Positions 40,066 to 51,243 of a stretch of 64,000 bases of DNA are shown piece after piece. The stretch is from contig JAJPRD010000001.1 in NCBI GenBank assembly GCA_023700255.1, positions 53,566 through 117,565 of the forward strand, read 5' to 3'. This DNA is from Candidatus Thalassarchaeaceae archaeon (lineage in GTDB: Archaea; Thermoplasmatota; Poseidoniia; Poseidoniales; Thalassarchaeaceae). A model generated the notes under the pieces. The model made no database searches, was not told the DNA's origin, and saw nothing but the letters and a program-made list of their open reading frames with translations. Position 1 is the first letter of the stretch. Each line of letters opens with the position of its first letter. Position numbers and translations under genes: made by a program.

Positions 40066-42129
40066 TTACCAACCAAGATCCTCTTGACTAAATTCACAAT
40101 TTCCTTCACAGGTATCTATTACAGCACCGTTTGAAAGATAATTAAATGCCATTTCTCTTGCCATAGGCAACGCACCTATTGCATTATGTGCAGGATGAGG
40201 TTCTTGCCCATATTCATTACCTACAGGGGGTTGTATATATCCCCCATCAAAGAATACACCTACTGATCCAACATATCCATCTTCAACTATATTTAACCCA
40301 TATGGGGTGATTGTTGAGGAGTTGAGTAATGGGATTCCTCCAGTTCTCATCATTCTTGATGAAGAAATATTTGATATTTGTAAATCTGATATCGAAAACA
40401 AAGTCATTAATTCAAATGGTTCTATTTGATCCAGATATCCGCTTTCTCTTATACTTAGGAATGTATCTGTTTCAGTAGAATCCCATAATGACTGTATTAT
40501 TGACATTACCACTGCTCTATCCAATTGATTGTCATAACCATATTCACTAGCGAAAATAAAGTGAAAGGCATCATATTGAGTACATCTCTCAATTATATGT
40601 GAAAAAGAAGAGCCACCTGCCCATAATACTCCTCTATCTAAATCTGGTGAGAGACCAATTATTGAAGGGCCTCTTAATGCACCATTTGAGTACCCAGTAT
40701 ATGTTGGTTCGTTGGTATCTATTAACTTATATCCATCAACTGTATAATACTCTGGTAGATCCGAACAAATTCCCATGAATGTTTTTATCATAACTACTTG
40801 ATTAATCATAGCTTGTTCTAATCTTTCGGCTTGATGCTGGAAATATTGCATATTTAATACCGCATATTCGATACTAGTACTGTCATCATCAGACCATCCA
40901 TAGAAACTAGTTCCTAGCATTGCAATATTATTTTCATTTGCCCAACCGCTTAATCCTGAGGTATTACCATTACCCAGAAAGCCATGCCCCCATATCGTTA
41001 GATTCGCAGGTTCTTGTAGTTCTACGGAAGATCCTGGAATTACTAACCAGAACGGAATTTCTCTATTCTCAACAAAAACAGGGGTTCTATCTTCTGCGGA
41101 AGTTCTTCTTATTAGTGCTGGAGGGAAAAATGATTCAGTATATTGCGGTGCAGTAAATGTTCCAGTTATCAGCCAATGGCTTCTATTGTCTTCAATCATA
41201 ACTTCAGTATTAGATTCAAATGTACATCCTATTCCATCTCCAGTTCTTTCTAAAGCATCATTTCTCATGGATAGTAATGGACCAATCATCGATTCCGTTG
41301 AAGAGGTATGGAACTCCCAAGCAGTTTGAAGTTCACTGGTCGAGATATCGGCATTGACTTCTATCCAAGAGAATAAGTTTTGGAAACCAGCTCTTCTATT
41401 TTCAATATCAGGCGATGAAGTAATTCGTTGATTTTTTATTGCATCAAAACCTTCTGGAGTGGGAACTAATTCTCCAACTTGGTCAGTTAATCCTGAGATT
41501 ATTACAACATAAGGAGTATTATGTTCCAATGCTTCAATTGTTCTGATATGAAGTATAGTAGGTTGGTCAATTTCAGATCTTATGTCGAGTTCAACCCAAT
41601 GTGCAACCAATTCCCCAGTTAATTTATTCATTAAAATTGTAGGATGCCCATTTTCTAAGCTTTTAGAGATACTATACTGTCCTGCTAGTTCTGATACATC
41701 AGGTTCTATTGTAAAAGCAGTCATAATTTGTGTATTTGGACTAACTCCATCTATCTGATTAAGTATTGGTACTTCTACAGGGCTAACTGTGCCTGAACCT
41801 GGTATAGTGTTTGAAGAATAATGGATTCTTTTACCAGTAATTGTATTTTGGTCATCAATCAGAAACGCATCAGAAGGAAAAGGAAGCATACAATGTATTG
41901 AATTTGTATTGTCGCATCCATCAATATGCGGTATTTCAAGAATTTCAACAGGTTCCTCATAGTAACAACTGTCATCATTTATTGTGGCATTTTCATTAAA
42001 ATTTAATGCATCAGCATCAGTACAGCCTAAAAACTCGAATACATCATCAGTAATCTCATCGTTTACTGCTGTACATCCGGAAAGGATTATACTACAAGAT
42101 AATAGTACTACAAGTGCTTGTTTCATCAT
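40066..42129 (-). CDS. Secreted lipoprotein, alpha/beta-hydrolase (lipase/esterase-like)
   Basis: LSGC lipobox, GC.D repeat, LPFPSD, WGHGFLG, GYSNG (GxSxG), C-terminal H. Confidence 0.65.
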   Translation of the reverse strand: MMKQALVVLLSCSIILSGCTAVNDEITDDVFEFLGCTDADALNFNENATINDDSCYYEEPVEILEIPHIDGCDNTNSIHCMLPFPSDAFLIDDQNTITGKRIHYSSNTIPGSGTVSPVEVPILNQIDGVSPNTQIMTAFTIEPDVSELAGQYSISKSLENGHPTILMNKLTGELVAHWVELDIRSEIDQPTILHIRTIEALEHNTPYVVIISGLTDQVGELVPTPEGFDAIKNQRITSSPDIENRRAGFQNLFSWIEVNADISTSELQTAWEFHTSSTESMIGPLLSMRNDALERTGDGIGCTFESNTEVMIEDNRSHWLITGTFTAPQYTESFFPPALIRRTSAEDRTPVFVENREIPFWLVIPGSSVELQEPANLTIWGHGFLGNGNTSGLSGWANENNIAMLGTSFYGWSDDDSTSIEYAVLNMQYFQHQAERLEQAMINQVVMIKTFMGICSDLPEYYTVDGYKLIDTNEPTYTGYSNGALRGPSIIGLSPDLDRGVLWAGGSSFSHIIERCTQYDAFHFIFASEYGYDNQLDRAVVMSIIQSLWDSTETDTFLSIRESGYLDQIEPFELMTLFSISDLQISNISSSRMMRTGGIPLLNSSTITPYGLNIVEDGYVGSVGVFFDGGYIQPPVGNEYGQEPHPAHNAIGALPMAREMAFNYLSNGAVIDTCEGNCEFSQEDLGW

Positions 42130-42158
42130 TATAACGTAATGTCAATCAGTTATCAATA

Positions 42159-42677
42159 CTAGTTTTCAGAAACTATCACTTTTACCGGTCTTAAAACTCG
42201 GTCATGATACATATATCCATCTTCAATAATTTCTAAAACTACTCCCGGATTTTTACCTTCTGGAGCAGGTATTGCTGCTATAGCCTCCATAAATGAGGGG
42301 TTGAATTCAGCATCTAATGCTTCTATTTTCACAATTCCTTCATTTTCTAATGTGATTTTAAGTCTCTTCAATGTCAGATTTACACCTTCTATAAATTTCT
42401 CAGAATCATTATTTTCAATCTCTAGAGCTTTTTCTAGATTATCAACTACTGGTAGTATATTAAATGCCAAATTCATACCTGCAAATTTCACTAATATGTT
42501 CCTTTCTCTTGCATACCTTTGCCTAATATTTGCGATCTCTGCGGTATTATATTGTTTCTCTTTTTGTAATTCTTCTATTTGTTGTTCAAGGATTACAATA
42601 GGGTCTATTTCATCGTTTTCTTCAAGAATAATCTCTTCGGATAATTCCTCTACCGTTTCATCGACCTCGTCCGTCAT
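42159..42677 (-). CDS. grpE: Nucleotide exchange factor GrpE
   Basis: AEIANIRQR, ILPVVDNLEKAL, FNP..EAI, GY...RVLRP.KV.V. Confidence 0.92.
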   Translation of the reverse strand: MTDEVDETVEELSEEIILEENDEIDPIVILEQQIEELQKEKQYNTAEIANIRQRYARERNILVKFAGMNLAFNILPVVDNLEKALEIENNDSEKFIEGVNLTLKRLKITLENEGIVKIEALDAEFNPSFMEAIAAIPAPEGKNPGVVLEIIEDGYMYHDRVLRPVKVIVSEN

Positions 42678-42720
42678 GCCCTTGGGTTTCAAACATCCTT
42701 CAAGAATCCAATGGTCTTAG

Positions 42721-44499
42721 TTATTCGAGATAGAAGTATTCACCGGCTACTTTTTGCTCCCTATCTTTACGACTATCAGGTTTATTGATACGTGGTCTAT
42801 GAGATTCATGATCTCTTCTAAACGTGACATTTACGTCTTTCAAGAATTTATTCATACCCTTTCGTAGACTTAGGGGTCCTACAGCGTTTCCATGCTTGCC
42901 ACCTTCTCCATCAAAAACCAGTAATGAATCACTTACAATATCAATGAAGTAAATATCATGATCAATTACCATGGCTGCTTTTTCATTACTCTCCATTGTT
43001 CTTCGGATAGCCTTTGCAGCCTCCATTCTTGCATTCGCATCAAGGTGTGCACTAGGTTCATCAAGAAGATACAAATCTGCTTCCCTACCTAGGCAAATGA
43101 CTATGCTGACAGCTTGTAACTCTCCTCCTGAAAGTTTTTTGGCTTTAAGTTCTAACAATTGATCAACTTTTAATGGTCGAACTACTTGTGTATGGAATTC
43201 TCCAGTTCTCCACTTGGGACCTAATTCTGTATTCAACCAATCTTCTACACTACCTTCAAAATCAGTATGTACATGTTGAGGTTTATACGATACTTTCGCA
43301 TCCATTGTGCACCATCCTTGATCTGGTTCTATTTCTCCAGCAATCATTTTGACCATGGTGGTTTTACCAGTGGCATTCGGTCCAACAACGCCTACTACCT
43401 CTGCACTTCGGACCATTCCTTCACCGGTTTTAAGTTTGAAACTTCCAAGAGTTTTTTCCATATCCCCCCATTTTAAAATTGGTAATCCTATGCCTTCTCC
43501 CCTTACCCTTCCTCTCAAAAATTGTATTGGTTTATCTCTTATTCTTACGTTTTCTTCAGGTAAGAAACCCTCTAAGTATGCATTTATTGCACTTCTTGTA
43601 GATCTTGCAGGTGTGAAAATTCCAAATGCAGCTCGCTCCCCATAGACTACGTGAAGTAAATCACAAAGAACATCAAGTATAGCCAAGTCGTGTTCAACAA
43701 CAATCACTCTTTTCCCCTTTTCTGCCAAGTCTTGTATGATTTTCACCATTCTCATACGTTCATGTATGTCCAGGTAAGAGGATGGTTCGTCAAAGAAATA
43801 TACCTCTGCTTCTTTCAGCATAGTTGCACAAATTGCTACCCTTTGCAATTCTCCTCCAGATAACTGACCTATATTCCGTTCTAATATGTGATTAATAGCT
43901 AATAACTCAGCATATTCATTTAGTTCACCACGGTCATCAACTCTTTCGAGTAATTCTCTTGCTTTTCCATCGAATATTTTTGGTAATTTATCGATGTATT
44001 GTGGTTTTACTGCAATTCTAACCTTATCATCAGCAACTAATTTCAAATAATCTCTCAATTCTCCTCTCGGGAATGACTCAATTATATCATCCCATTCTGC
44101 AGAGTTAATTGTCCAGTCACCTAAGTTTGGTTGTATCGAGCCAGAAAGAAGGTTGATTGCAGTTGATTTACCCATTCCATTAGGGCCTAATATACCTACA
44201 ACTTGCTTTTCTCTAGGAGCAGGTAATCTGAAAAGCCTAAATCCATTTTGTCCATATCGATGAGTCATTTCACCCTCTAATTCTTCTGGTAAGTTTGTAA
44301 TTATTAAGGCATCAAATGGACATTTTGTAATACAAATTCCACATCCTATGCAAAGAGGTTCTGAAACAATTGGTTTTCCACTAGAGTCATCGAGAATAAT
44401 ACATTCAATTCCATTTCGAACAGGTGGACAAAATGCCCAACATTCCGCATTACATTTCTCAGGGCTACACCTATCTTCTAGAAGTACAGCCACTCTCAT
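42721..44499 (-). CDS. Ribosome recycling ATPase ABCE1 (RLI)
   Basis: N-terminal Fe-S domain (C.P.KC...C...CP; CIGCGIC..KCP), two NBDs, RPRINK..S.KDREQK. Confidence 0.96.
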   Translation of the reverse strand: MRVAVLLEDRCSPEKCNAECWAFCPPVRNGIECIILDDSSGKPIVSEPLCIGCGICITKCPFDALIITNLPEELEGEMTHRYGQNGFRLFRLPAPREKQVVGILGPNGMGKSTAINLLSGSIQPNLGDWTINSAEWDDIIESFPRGELRDYLKLVADDKVRIAVKPQYIDKLPKIFDGKARELLERVDDRGELNEYAELLAINHILERNIGQLSGGELQRVAICATMLKEAEVYFFDEPSSYLDIHERMRMVKIIQDLAEKGKRVIVVEHDLAILDVLCDLLHVVYGERAAFGIFTPARSTRSAINAYLEGFLPEENVRIRDKPIQFLRGRVRGEGIGLPILKWGDMEKTLGSFKLKTGEGMVRSAEVVGVVGPNATGKTTMVKMIAGEIEPDQGWCTMDAKVSYKPQHVHTDFEGSVEDWLNTELGPKWRTGEFHTQVVRPLKVDQLLELKAKKLSGGELQAVSIVICLGREADLYLLDEPSAHLDANARMEAAKAIRRTMESNEKAAMVIDHDIYFIDIVSDSLLVFDGEGGKHGNAVGPLSLRKGMNKFLKDVNVTFRRDHESHRPRINKPDSRKDREQKVAGEYFYLE

Positions 44500-44567
44500 A
44501 ATATCATCTCACTCGTATTTTATTCAATATGTCTTCTATTATATAGGCGGATTTAAGTTGATTTCAA

Positions 44568-45818
44568 TCATACTGCAAAGAAACGGTGTCTGACATAAAT
44601 ATACGCTGCCAAGCCTATTTTCTCTGTTTTAGATAATTGAGTTCTTTCAGAGAACACATCACCATCATTTTTTTCAATTTTCTTCATTATTGAGTGATAA
44701 AATGTAGTCATTGCAGCAGGTGAATATCTACTCGACTTGTCAAGTAGAGGGAATAATTTGATACCTCTTTCACGATACTTATCTGCTCTTGAAATAAATT
44801 CTGAAACGAATGGTTTCCATCCTGGATGATTCAAAATTTCTTTACCTTTTCTTAAATCCTCTTCGGAAATTCCGTATCGTGCGAGATCTTCTATCGGTAG
44901 ATATATTCGGTCGCGTTCAATATCTTCAGCAACATCTCGTAGTATATTCGTTAGCTGCATATAAATCCCCCAAGATTCCGCATACTCTCTCGCCTTTTTA
45001 TCCTCATATCCATATATTTCAATACATACAAGCCCTACTGTTGATGCGACCTTATAGCAGTATGAATAGAGATCCTCAAATGTATCATATCTATTACGGT
45101 GAAAATCTTCTTCCATGCCACTAATCATGTCATCGAGAAGTTGTCGAGATATTCCGTATTTGTTAACTGTATCTTTTAGGGCAATGAATATCGGGTCAGT
45201 CGATGTAATTTTCCCATATGCTGTCGATAATTTTTTCCTATAATAAAATAATTGTGACATTTTATCATTATATGATGATCGGTCTAAAACTGGTCTTCCA
45301 TCGATTAATCTCTCAATTTTTGTCCTATAATCTATAGACTCTTGATTATCTTCTGAACCACCAGGGAAATAATCAACATAATCTCCATCTGCAATATCAT
45401 CAGCACGTCTACAAAATGCATAGTAAGCCATAATCGATTTTCTTTCTTCTTCTGGTAGGTACTTGAATGAATGATAAAAATTACCAGCCTCTCTCCGTGT
45501 TAATTCTTCACAATAATTGTAAGCCGAGTCTACGATATCTTGCGGCACAATATTTTCCGACCAAATTGCAGCATCTATATGGGTGAATGGATTTACAAGT
45601 TCCCCTCTAGAGCCGATTACTCCCATGAAAACAGCACTCTCTCTCAGTGTTTCTAGTGCAGTAATACTAATCGCATGAACAGCCTCTCTCGTGATGCCTA
45701 CAGCCGTTCGAACTTTTTCGATAGGTTGAGCATCAGAGTCTGCATCGACAAGAGTAATACTCTTGCCTTGGCCATAATCAACCATGGGCTCAGAATTGTT
45801 TATCTGTCCCCCCGACAT
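44568..45818 (-). CDS. Phytoene/squalene synthase family, CrtB/HpnD-like, with N-terminal extension
   Basis: NFYHSF, YAFCRRADDIAD, YCYKVASTVG, QLTNILRDVAED..RIYLP. Confidence 0.88.
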   Translation of the reverse strand: MSGGQINNSEPMVDYGQGKSITLVDADSDAQPIEKVRTAVGITREAVHAISITALETLRESAVFMGVIGSRGELVNPFTHIDAAIWSENIVPQDIVDSAYNYCEELTRREAGNFYHSFKYLPEEERKSIMAYYAFCRRADDIADGDYVDYFPGGSEDNQESIDYRTKIERLIDGRPVLDRSSYNDKMSQLFYYRKKLSTAYGKITSTDPIFIALKDTVNKYGISRQLLDDMISGMEEDFHRNRYDTFEDLYSYCYKVASTVGLVCIEIYGYEDKKAREYAESWGIYMQLTNILRDVAEDIERDRIYLPIEDLARYGISEEDLRKGKEILNHPGWKPFVSEFISRADKYRERGIKLFPLLDKSSRYSPAAMTTFYHSIMKKIEKNDGDVFSERTQLSKTEKIGLAAYIYVRHRFFAV

Positions 45819-45892
45819 ACTACTTCAACCTCAAGCCCAATTGATTCGTTCTTGAACCCAACGCTCGATTGGGTAATCTATAATTCAATGAT

Positions 45893-46948
45893 TTAACTAA
45901 AATAAGTCATTTTTTTGGGGTTTTTCCTAGTCATACATAACCAAATTGATTTTCTCATAATTTTTTTTATTTCTGGTCTTAAAACTTTTATTCTATTCTC
46001 TGAATTTAGAATATTTCCTTCCTTCATAAGAATCAATGTCCTTTGCCCTATTAAGACAGGCAACATACATGATAATCTGAGGCGATATTGATTTTTAGGT
46101 AACATTTCAATATATTCTACGGCATTATCTAGGTAAGTACTTGCGGTTTCGAGATAAGAATTGAATAATGGTCTAAATGAACTCATATTTTCAGAATTTA
46201 ACAAATCTTCAGGATTCAAATCATATTCTGAGAGTGTTCTTCTAGGTAAGTAGCATCTACCCATTTGTAAATCCTCTGGTAAATCTCTTAAAATATTAAT
46301 TAATTGTAAAGATTTACCAAAATTCACTGCTTTTTCAAATATTATTTCTTTATCTCCTTGCCCTATTTTGAAAAGATGATCTAATGACATATGTGTCCAA
46401 AATTCCCCTACACACCCAGCCACTCTATAGGTGTAATCATCTAATTCATCCTCACTCTCTAATGCAATTATTTTTTCTCCCGAAGCATCAGTAAATCGTT
46501 CTAAATCTAGTGATTGGCCTCCAATGATTATATCTAAGCAAGACCTAATTTTCATCTTATCTGAATTTGAAAAATTATTAGATTTTTCTAAATAATTGAC
46601 AGGTATTTCCACATCATATAGTAACTCAGCTTCAGCCTTGTTTTCTTGAATAGTCGCTAGCTCACTAAAATCTGGCAATTTTTGATTTTGATTTTGAATT
46701 CTTAAATTATATTCTTCTAGGAATTCGAGTAATTTCTTATTTTCTCCAACTTTTGAGTCTGCAATCGTATCCGCCAGACGTGCTAATAAATACATCAAGC
46801 CAACGTGTCTGCGTATTTTTTTAGGTAGAACTTTAAGGCTCAGGAAAAATGATCGAGAGGTTCCTTTGAGTAAATAATCAATCCTTTTTTCAGACTCGCC
46901 TACCCCTAGCATGCCTTCTCCCATGGACTTTGAGGGAATGTTTGACAT
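45893..46948 (-). CDS. Squalene/phytoene synthase family, squalene-synthase-like
   Basis: SRSFFLS, YLLARLADTIAD, YTYRVAGCVGEFWT, LQLINILRDLPED..GRCYLP; start uncertain. Confidence 0.85.
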   Translation of the reverse strand: MSNIPSKSMGEGMLGVGESEKRIDYLLKGTSRSFFLSLKVLPKKIRRHVGLMYLLARLADTIADSKVGENKKLLEFLEEYNLRIQNQNQKLPDFSELATIQENKAEAELLYDVEIPVNYLEKSNNFSNSDKMKIRSCLDIIIGGQSLDLERFTDASGEKIIALESEDELDDYTYRVAGCVGEFWTHMSLDHLFKIGQGDKEIIFEKAVNFGKSLQLINILRDLPEDLQMGRCYLPRRTLSEYDLNPEDLLNSENMSSFRPLFNSYLETASTYLDNAVEYIEMLPKNQYRLRLSCMLPVLIGQRTLILMKEGNILNSENRIKVLRPEIKKIMRKSIWLCMTRKNPKKMTYFS

Positions 46949-46969
46949 CTAAGACTCTCGCTTCCTAGT

Positions 46970-47890
46970 TTATCTTAGTCCTGCATCTTTCAATGCTTTA
47001 ACCAATACATTTCCTATTTCTGATGGGTCTCTAGCGACGTAAATTCCTGCTGCTTCGAAAGCAGCGAATTTCTCTTGAGCAGTACCCTTTCCACCTGAAA
47101 TTATGGCTCCAGCATGCCCCATCCTTTTCCCTGGTGGTGCAGTTGATCCAGCAACGAAACCTACTATGGGTTTACTCATATTTTTAGAGGCCCATTCAGC
47201 AGCTTCTTCTTCTGCTGATCCGCCGATTTCACCAATCATTACTATTGCTTCTGTTTGCGGGTCTGCCTCGAAAGCAGCAAGGCAATCGATAAACCCAGTT
47301 CCATTAACTGGATCTCCACCAATACCTACGCATGTTGATTGCCCCTCATCTACACTCATAGTTTGTGCTACTGCTTCATAAGTCAAAGTTCCAGATTTTG
47401 AAACAATTCCAATCCTTCCTTTTGCATGAATAAATCCTGGCATTATTCCAACCTTGCATCCACCATTTTCACCCGGTGTTATGATACCGGGACAATTTGG
47501 TCCAATCAATCTTACATTTGGATATTTATCTACTCGTGCAACAGCTCTAATCATATCTAGAATTGGAATTCCTTCAGTAATGCAGACAATCAATCCTCCT
47601 CCATTTTGTTCGAAAGCATCAGCGGCTTCAATTATTGCCGCAGCAGCAAATTTTGCGGGAACATATATTACACTTACATCGGCATTAGTTTCTTCAAGTC
47701 CTTCAGAAACGGAATTAAATACGGGGACATTCTTATTCGGCAGTTCTACAATTTGCCCACCTTTTCCAGGTGTTACTCCTCCTACAACGTTGGTTTGGTA
47801 TTCATCCATCATTGTTCCATGAAATGTACCTTGTTTACCAGTAATCCCTTGAATAAGGACTTTGCTTTCTTCATGAATCCAAATAGACAT
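46970..47890 (-). CDS. sucD: Succinyl-CoA synthetase alpha subunit
   Basis: [39 protein letters not shown]. Confidence 0.97.
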   Translation of the reverse strand: MSIWIHEESKVLIQGITGKQGTFHGTMMDEYQTNVVGGVTPGKGGQIVELPNKNVPVFNSVSEGLEETNADVSVIYVPAKFAAAAIIEAADAFEQNGGGLIVCITEGIPILDMIRAVARVDKYPNVRLIGPNCPGIITPGENGGCKVGIMPGFIHAKGRIGIVSKSGTLTYEAVAQTMSVDEGQSTCVGIGGDPVNGTGFIDCLAAFEADPQTEAIVMIGEIGGSAEEEAAEWASKNMSKPIVGFVAGSTAPPGKRMGHAGAIISGGKGTAQEKFAAFEAAGIYVARDPSEIGNVLVKALKDAGLR

Positions 47891-49098
47891 TATTGTTCAC
47901 CTCTAGTTAATTTGACAATCTTTTCAGCGCCTTCTGCCAGAGTACTTGCTGTATAGACATCTAAATCACAATTATCTAGGACTGCTTTACCTTCGACATG
48001 GTTAGTTCCAGAAAATCTAACTACTAACGGAACTTCTAATCCCAGTTCGTTTGATGCCTCAATGACACTTCTAGCAACCATGTCGCATTGAATAATTCCT
48101 CCAAATATATTTACTAGGATTCCTTCAACATTCTCATCTTCAAGAATAATTCCAAAGGCAGTTGTTATTGATTCTCTTGTAGCGCCTCCTCCTATATCTA
48201 GGAAATTTGCTGGTTCACCTCCGTACAATTTTATCACATCCATTGATGCCATCGCTAATCCTGCTCCATTTACTAGGCAACCAATATTTCCTTCTAATTT
48301 CACATAAGATAGTCCATGCTCGTGTGCTCTAATCTCAACTTCTTCTTCCTCAGCATGATCTCGCATTTCATCCATCCATGGATGTCTATATGATGCATTA
48401 TCATCAAAGCTTACTTTTGCATCTAGTGCAATCATTTCTCCAGACTCTGAACGGACAAGTGGATTAATTTCTATCATCGCACAATCTTTTTCTACAAACA
48501 TTTTTGATAATGATGAAAGCATTGATACTAAGTCATCTTTCGATGAATCAACCAGCCCTAACTGATCAGCCATATTCTCTGCATCTTTTATGTCCAAACC
48601 ATCGATTGGGTGTGCCCAAATTTTATGTATCGCTTCAGGTGTATTTTCAGCTACTTCTTCAATATCAACTCCTCCTTCTTTTGAAGCCATGATAAGTACT
48701 GATTTTGCTTCACGATCAATGAGAAGAGCGAGATAATACTCGTGCGCAATAGAACATCCAGACTCTATGTATAGATTGTTTACTATTTTACCCTCAGGGC
48801 CGGTCTGTTTTGTGACCAGTTTCCTACCTATTATGTTGCTTGCATAGGTCTCAACCTCATCTCTGGAAAATGCGATTTTCACGCCTCCTTCCATAATTAA
48901 GTCACCATTTTCAGGGTCGTAAAGATTGCCTTTCCCTCGGCCTCCTGCATGAATCTGCGACTTTACTGCAACTATCTTAGATCCCAAACTGTCATATGCT
49001 GACAATGCATCAATTACTGTTTTACAGTGTATTCCATCTTGTACTTTCACACCTGCTTCTTTAAACAGAATTTTTCCTTGATACTCGTGAATATTCAT
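47890..49098 (-). CDS. sucC: Succinyl-CoA synthetase beta subunit
   Basis: [45 protein letters not shown]. Confidence 0.97.
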   Translation of the reverse strand: MNIHEYQGKILFKEAGVKVQDGIHCKTVIDALSAYDSLGSKIVAVKSQIHAGGRGKGNLYDPENGDLIMEGGVKIAFSRDEVETYASNIIGRKLVTKQTGPEGKIVNNLYIESGCSIAHEYYLALLIDREAKSVLIMASKEGGVDIEEVAENTPEAIHKIWAHPIDGLDIKDAENMADQLGLVDSSKDDLVSMLSSLSKMFVEKDCAMIEINPLVRSESGEMIALDAKVSFDDNASYRHPWMDEMRDHAEEEEVEIRAHEHGLSYVKLEGNIGCLVNGAGLAMASMDVIKLYGGEPANFLDIGGGATRESITTAFGIILEDENVEGILVNIFGGIIQCDMVARSVIEASNELGLEVPLVVRFSGTNHVEGKAVLDNCDLDVYTASTLAEGAEKIVKLTRGEQ

Positions 49099-49202
49099 AT
49101 CTATCATGCCTCCGAACCGAACTCGCTCTTTGAACGATGCGCTGATAGAAGTTCAAATCCTAGACACGAAGTGCTGAAATCAATTGTCATATCCGACAGG
49201 GT

Positions 49203-50165
49203 ATGGACGTAGTAGTTCTAGCAGGCGGTTTTGGTACTAGGTTGAGACCTTGGACTGAAGGAAGGGCGAAACCATTGCTTCCCGTGTTAGATAAAACTCT
49301 TTTAGAGAGAGTTGTTGAATGTGTTCCTCCTAAACTAATTGATAGGGTGGTAATTGCAGCAGGTTATAGCATAGATGAAATGCAGGAATTCTTTAATTCA
49401 TCTGATATTTCTTATGATGTAGTAATATCTGTTGAAGATGACCCGTTAGGTACCGGGGGTGCTATCGCTAAAGCACTAGAACATCTTACAGGCGAGGGAC
49501 CAGTATTGGTATTAAATGGCGATTTAGTATCAAGTGTAAATGTAATCGAGTTGCTTAATCATCACCAAGAAAAAGAAGCTAAAGTCACACTTTCACTTTG
49601 GCATGTAGATGATCCGAGCAGGTTTGGAGTATGTGGTTTAGAAAGTTCCGGGATGATTACGAGATTTCAAGAAAAACCAGCACCTGGTACTGAATTTTCA
49701 AATCTTATAAACGCAGGGTGTTATTTGATAGAAAGGGAAGTTTTAGAGTCTCTTTCTAGTGAGAAACATAGTATGGAAAGAGAAGTATTCCCAGTTATTG
49801 CAAATAATGGAGATATGGCAGGCTTAGAATTCAAGGGCTATTTTGTTGATGCAGGAACTCCCTCTTCATTCCTAGATGCAACAAAGGTTTGTATATCTAA
49901 TAATAGATATTCTGTCGGAATTGTCGATGGAAATAATTGGTATTCAGATATTAATTTCAGTACCAGTTCATCTATTGAGGGAACGTCTATTTCTAACGAT
50001 GTCTCGATTGGCAAAAATTCTATAATTATTGATTGCGTAATTTTATCGGGCGCAAAAATAGGTGAAAATTGCACTTTGCATCGTTGCTTAGTAGGTGAAT
50101 CATCAATCATTTCCAGTGATTCTATAATTTCGGATAGAGTCATTGGACATGGCGAAATTGTTTAA
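49203..50165 (+). CDS. Sugar-1-phosphate nucleotidyltransferase (mannose-1-P guanylyltransferase-like) with hexapeptide tail
   Basis: LAGGFGTRLRP, PLGTGGA, NGD, FQEKP, INAGCY, DAGTP. Confidence 0.88.
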   Translation: MDVVVLAGGFGTRLRPWTEGRAKPLLPVLDKTLLERVVECVPPKLIDRVVIAAGYSIDEMQEFFNSSDISYDVVISVEDDPLGTGGAIAKALEHLTGEGPVLVLNGDLVSSVNVIELLNHHQEKEAKVTLSLWHVDDPSRFGVCGLESSGMITRFQEKPAPGTEFSNLINAGCYLIEREVLESLSSEKHSMEREVFPVIANNGDMAGLEFKGYFVDAGTPSSFLDATKVCISNNRYSVGIVDGNNWYSDINFSTSSSIEGTSISNDVSIGKNSIIIDCVILSGAKIGENCTLHRCLVGESSIISSDSIISDRVIGHGEIV

Positions 50166-50207
50166 TTCATCCGTCATTATCATATCAGTTTAATGTCTCG
50201 GAGATTC

Positions 50208-50870
50208 ATGAGAGAACAACTCGTGGTTGTAAATTTCAAAACATATGAGACTGCTCATGGTATAGCGGCGGAAAAATTAGCCCTAATCATGGAATCAATT
50301 GAAACAGATGCACGGATGATAGCTGTTGTTTCAGCATTTGATTTATCTGCAGTGGTTTCTGTAGCACCTAATCTTGAGGTATGGACACAACATCTTGACC
50401 CGATTAGTTTTGGTTCAAACACTGGTTGGTTGCATCCTGAGACTGCAATACAAAGAGGTGCAAAGGGTACCTTGATTAATCATGCTGAACATAAAGTTTC
50501 AATTGAACATATTGCCATGTTACTCGATACTGTACCCGAAGGGTTCACTGTTTGTGCATGTGCTGCTGATATAGATGAAGCCCGGGCTTTGTCTGCACTT
50601 ATGCCGGATTATGTCGCAGTTGAACCTCCTGAATTAATTGGTGGAGATATATCTGTCACGACGGCGGATCCTGAGATTGTGAGTAGTACTGCTAGGGCTA
50701 TCCGTGAAATAAGTGAAGAAGTAGGGATTCTTTGTGGCGCCGGCGTCAAAAATGGAAACGACGTCCTCAAGGCTATAGAATTAGGAACTTCTGGAGTATT
50801 GTTAGCGAGTGGTGTAACTAAAGTTGAAGATGCTGCACAGGCTCTGAAGGATTTAATTTCGAAAATATAA
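50208..50870 (+). CDS. tpiA: Triosephosphate isomerase, archaeal type
   Basis: VNFKTY, INHAE, AVEPPELIG, LCGAGV, LLASG. Confidence 0.95.
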   Translation: MREQLVVVNFKTYETAHGIAAEKLALIMESIETDARMIAVVSAFDLSAVVSVAPNLEVWTQHLDPISFGSNTGWLHPETAIQRGAKGTLINHAEHKVSIEHIAMLLDTVPEGFTVCACAADIDEARALSALMPDYVAVEPPELIGGDISVTTADPEIVSSTARAIREISEEVGILCGAGVKNGNDVLKAIELGTSGVLLASGVTKVEDAAQALKDLISKI

Positions 50871-50935
50871 TGTCTTATTTTCAGTTGAAAATAAATAATT
50901 TATCTGTAGTCGAATACCGCTAAGAAGCAGGATAA

Positions 50936-51043
50936 TCACTGTTTTGCTCTCTTTCGAGATGCTTTTCGACGACGCAATTTCTTCTTACGCCATTTCCAGC
51001 GTTGGTTTCCTTGCTTCTTCCAGGCACGTGAACCTCGCTTCAT
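50936..51043 (-). CDS. rpl41e: Ribosomal protein eL41 (L41e, now eS32); 35 aa, absent from ORF track
   Basis: Translated by hand: MKRGSRAWKKQGNQRWKWRKKKLRRRKASRKRAKQ*; matches archaeal WKK.G..RWKW.KK..RR pattern. Confidence 0.9.
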   Translation of the reverse strand: MKRGSRAWKKQGNQRWKWRKKKLRRRKASRKRAKQ

Positions 51044-51125
51044 TCAGCCCGCCGACCTACTGCCCCTATATGAGCGATTTGTAGAGTGAGAACAAACCTT
51101 CGTCACTCAAGTCGTTGTCTTTGAG

Positions 51126-51202
51126 TGGTGGGCGATACAGGATTTGAACCCATGTCATCGGCTTAGAAGGCCGATATGATATCCAGACTACACCAATCGC
51201 CC
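51126..51202 (-). tRNA. tRNA-Arg(UCU), CCA encoded
   Basis: Acceptor GGGCGAT/ATCGCCC+ACCA; anticodon arm TCGGC-CTTCTAA-GCCGA; T-loop TTCAAAT. Confidence 0.95.
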
Positions 51203-51243
51203 TTGGGCTGTCGCGGCAGTATCTCTCTCATGAACCCTACACA

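Noticed and set aside
42159-42677. grpE without adjacent dnaK/dnaJ
   Set aside because: Dispersed chaperone genes are common; partners are probably elsewhere in the genome
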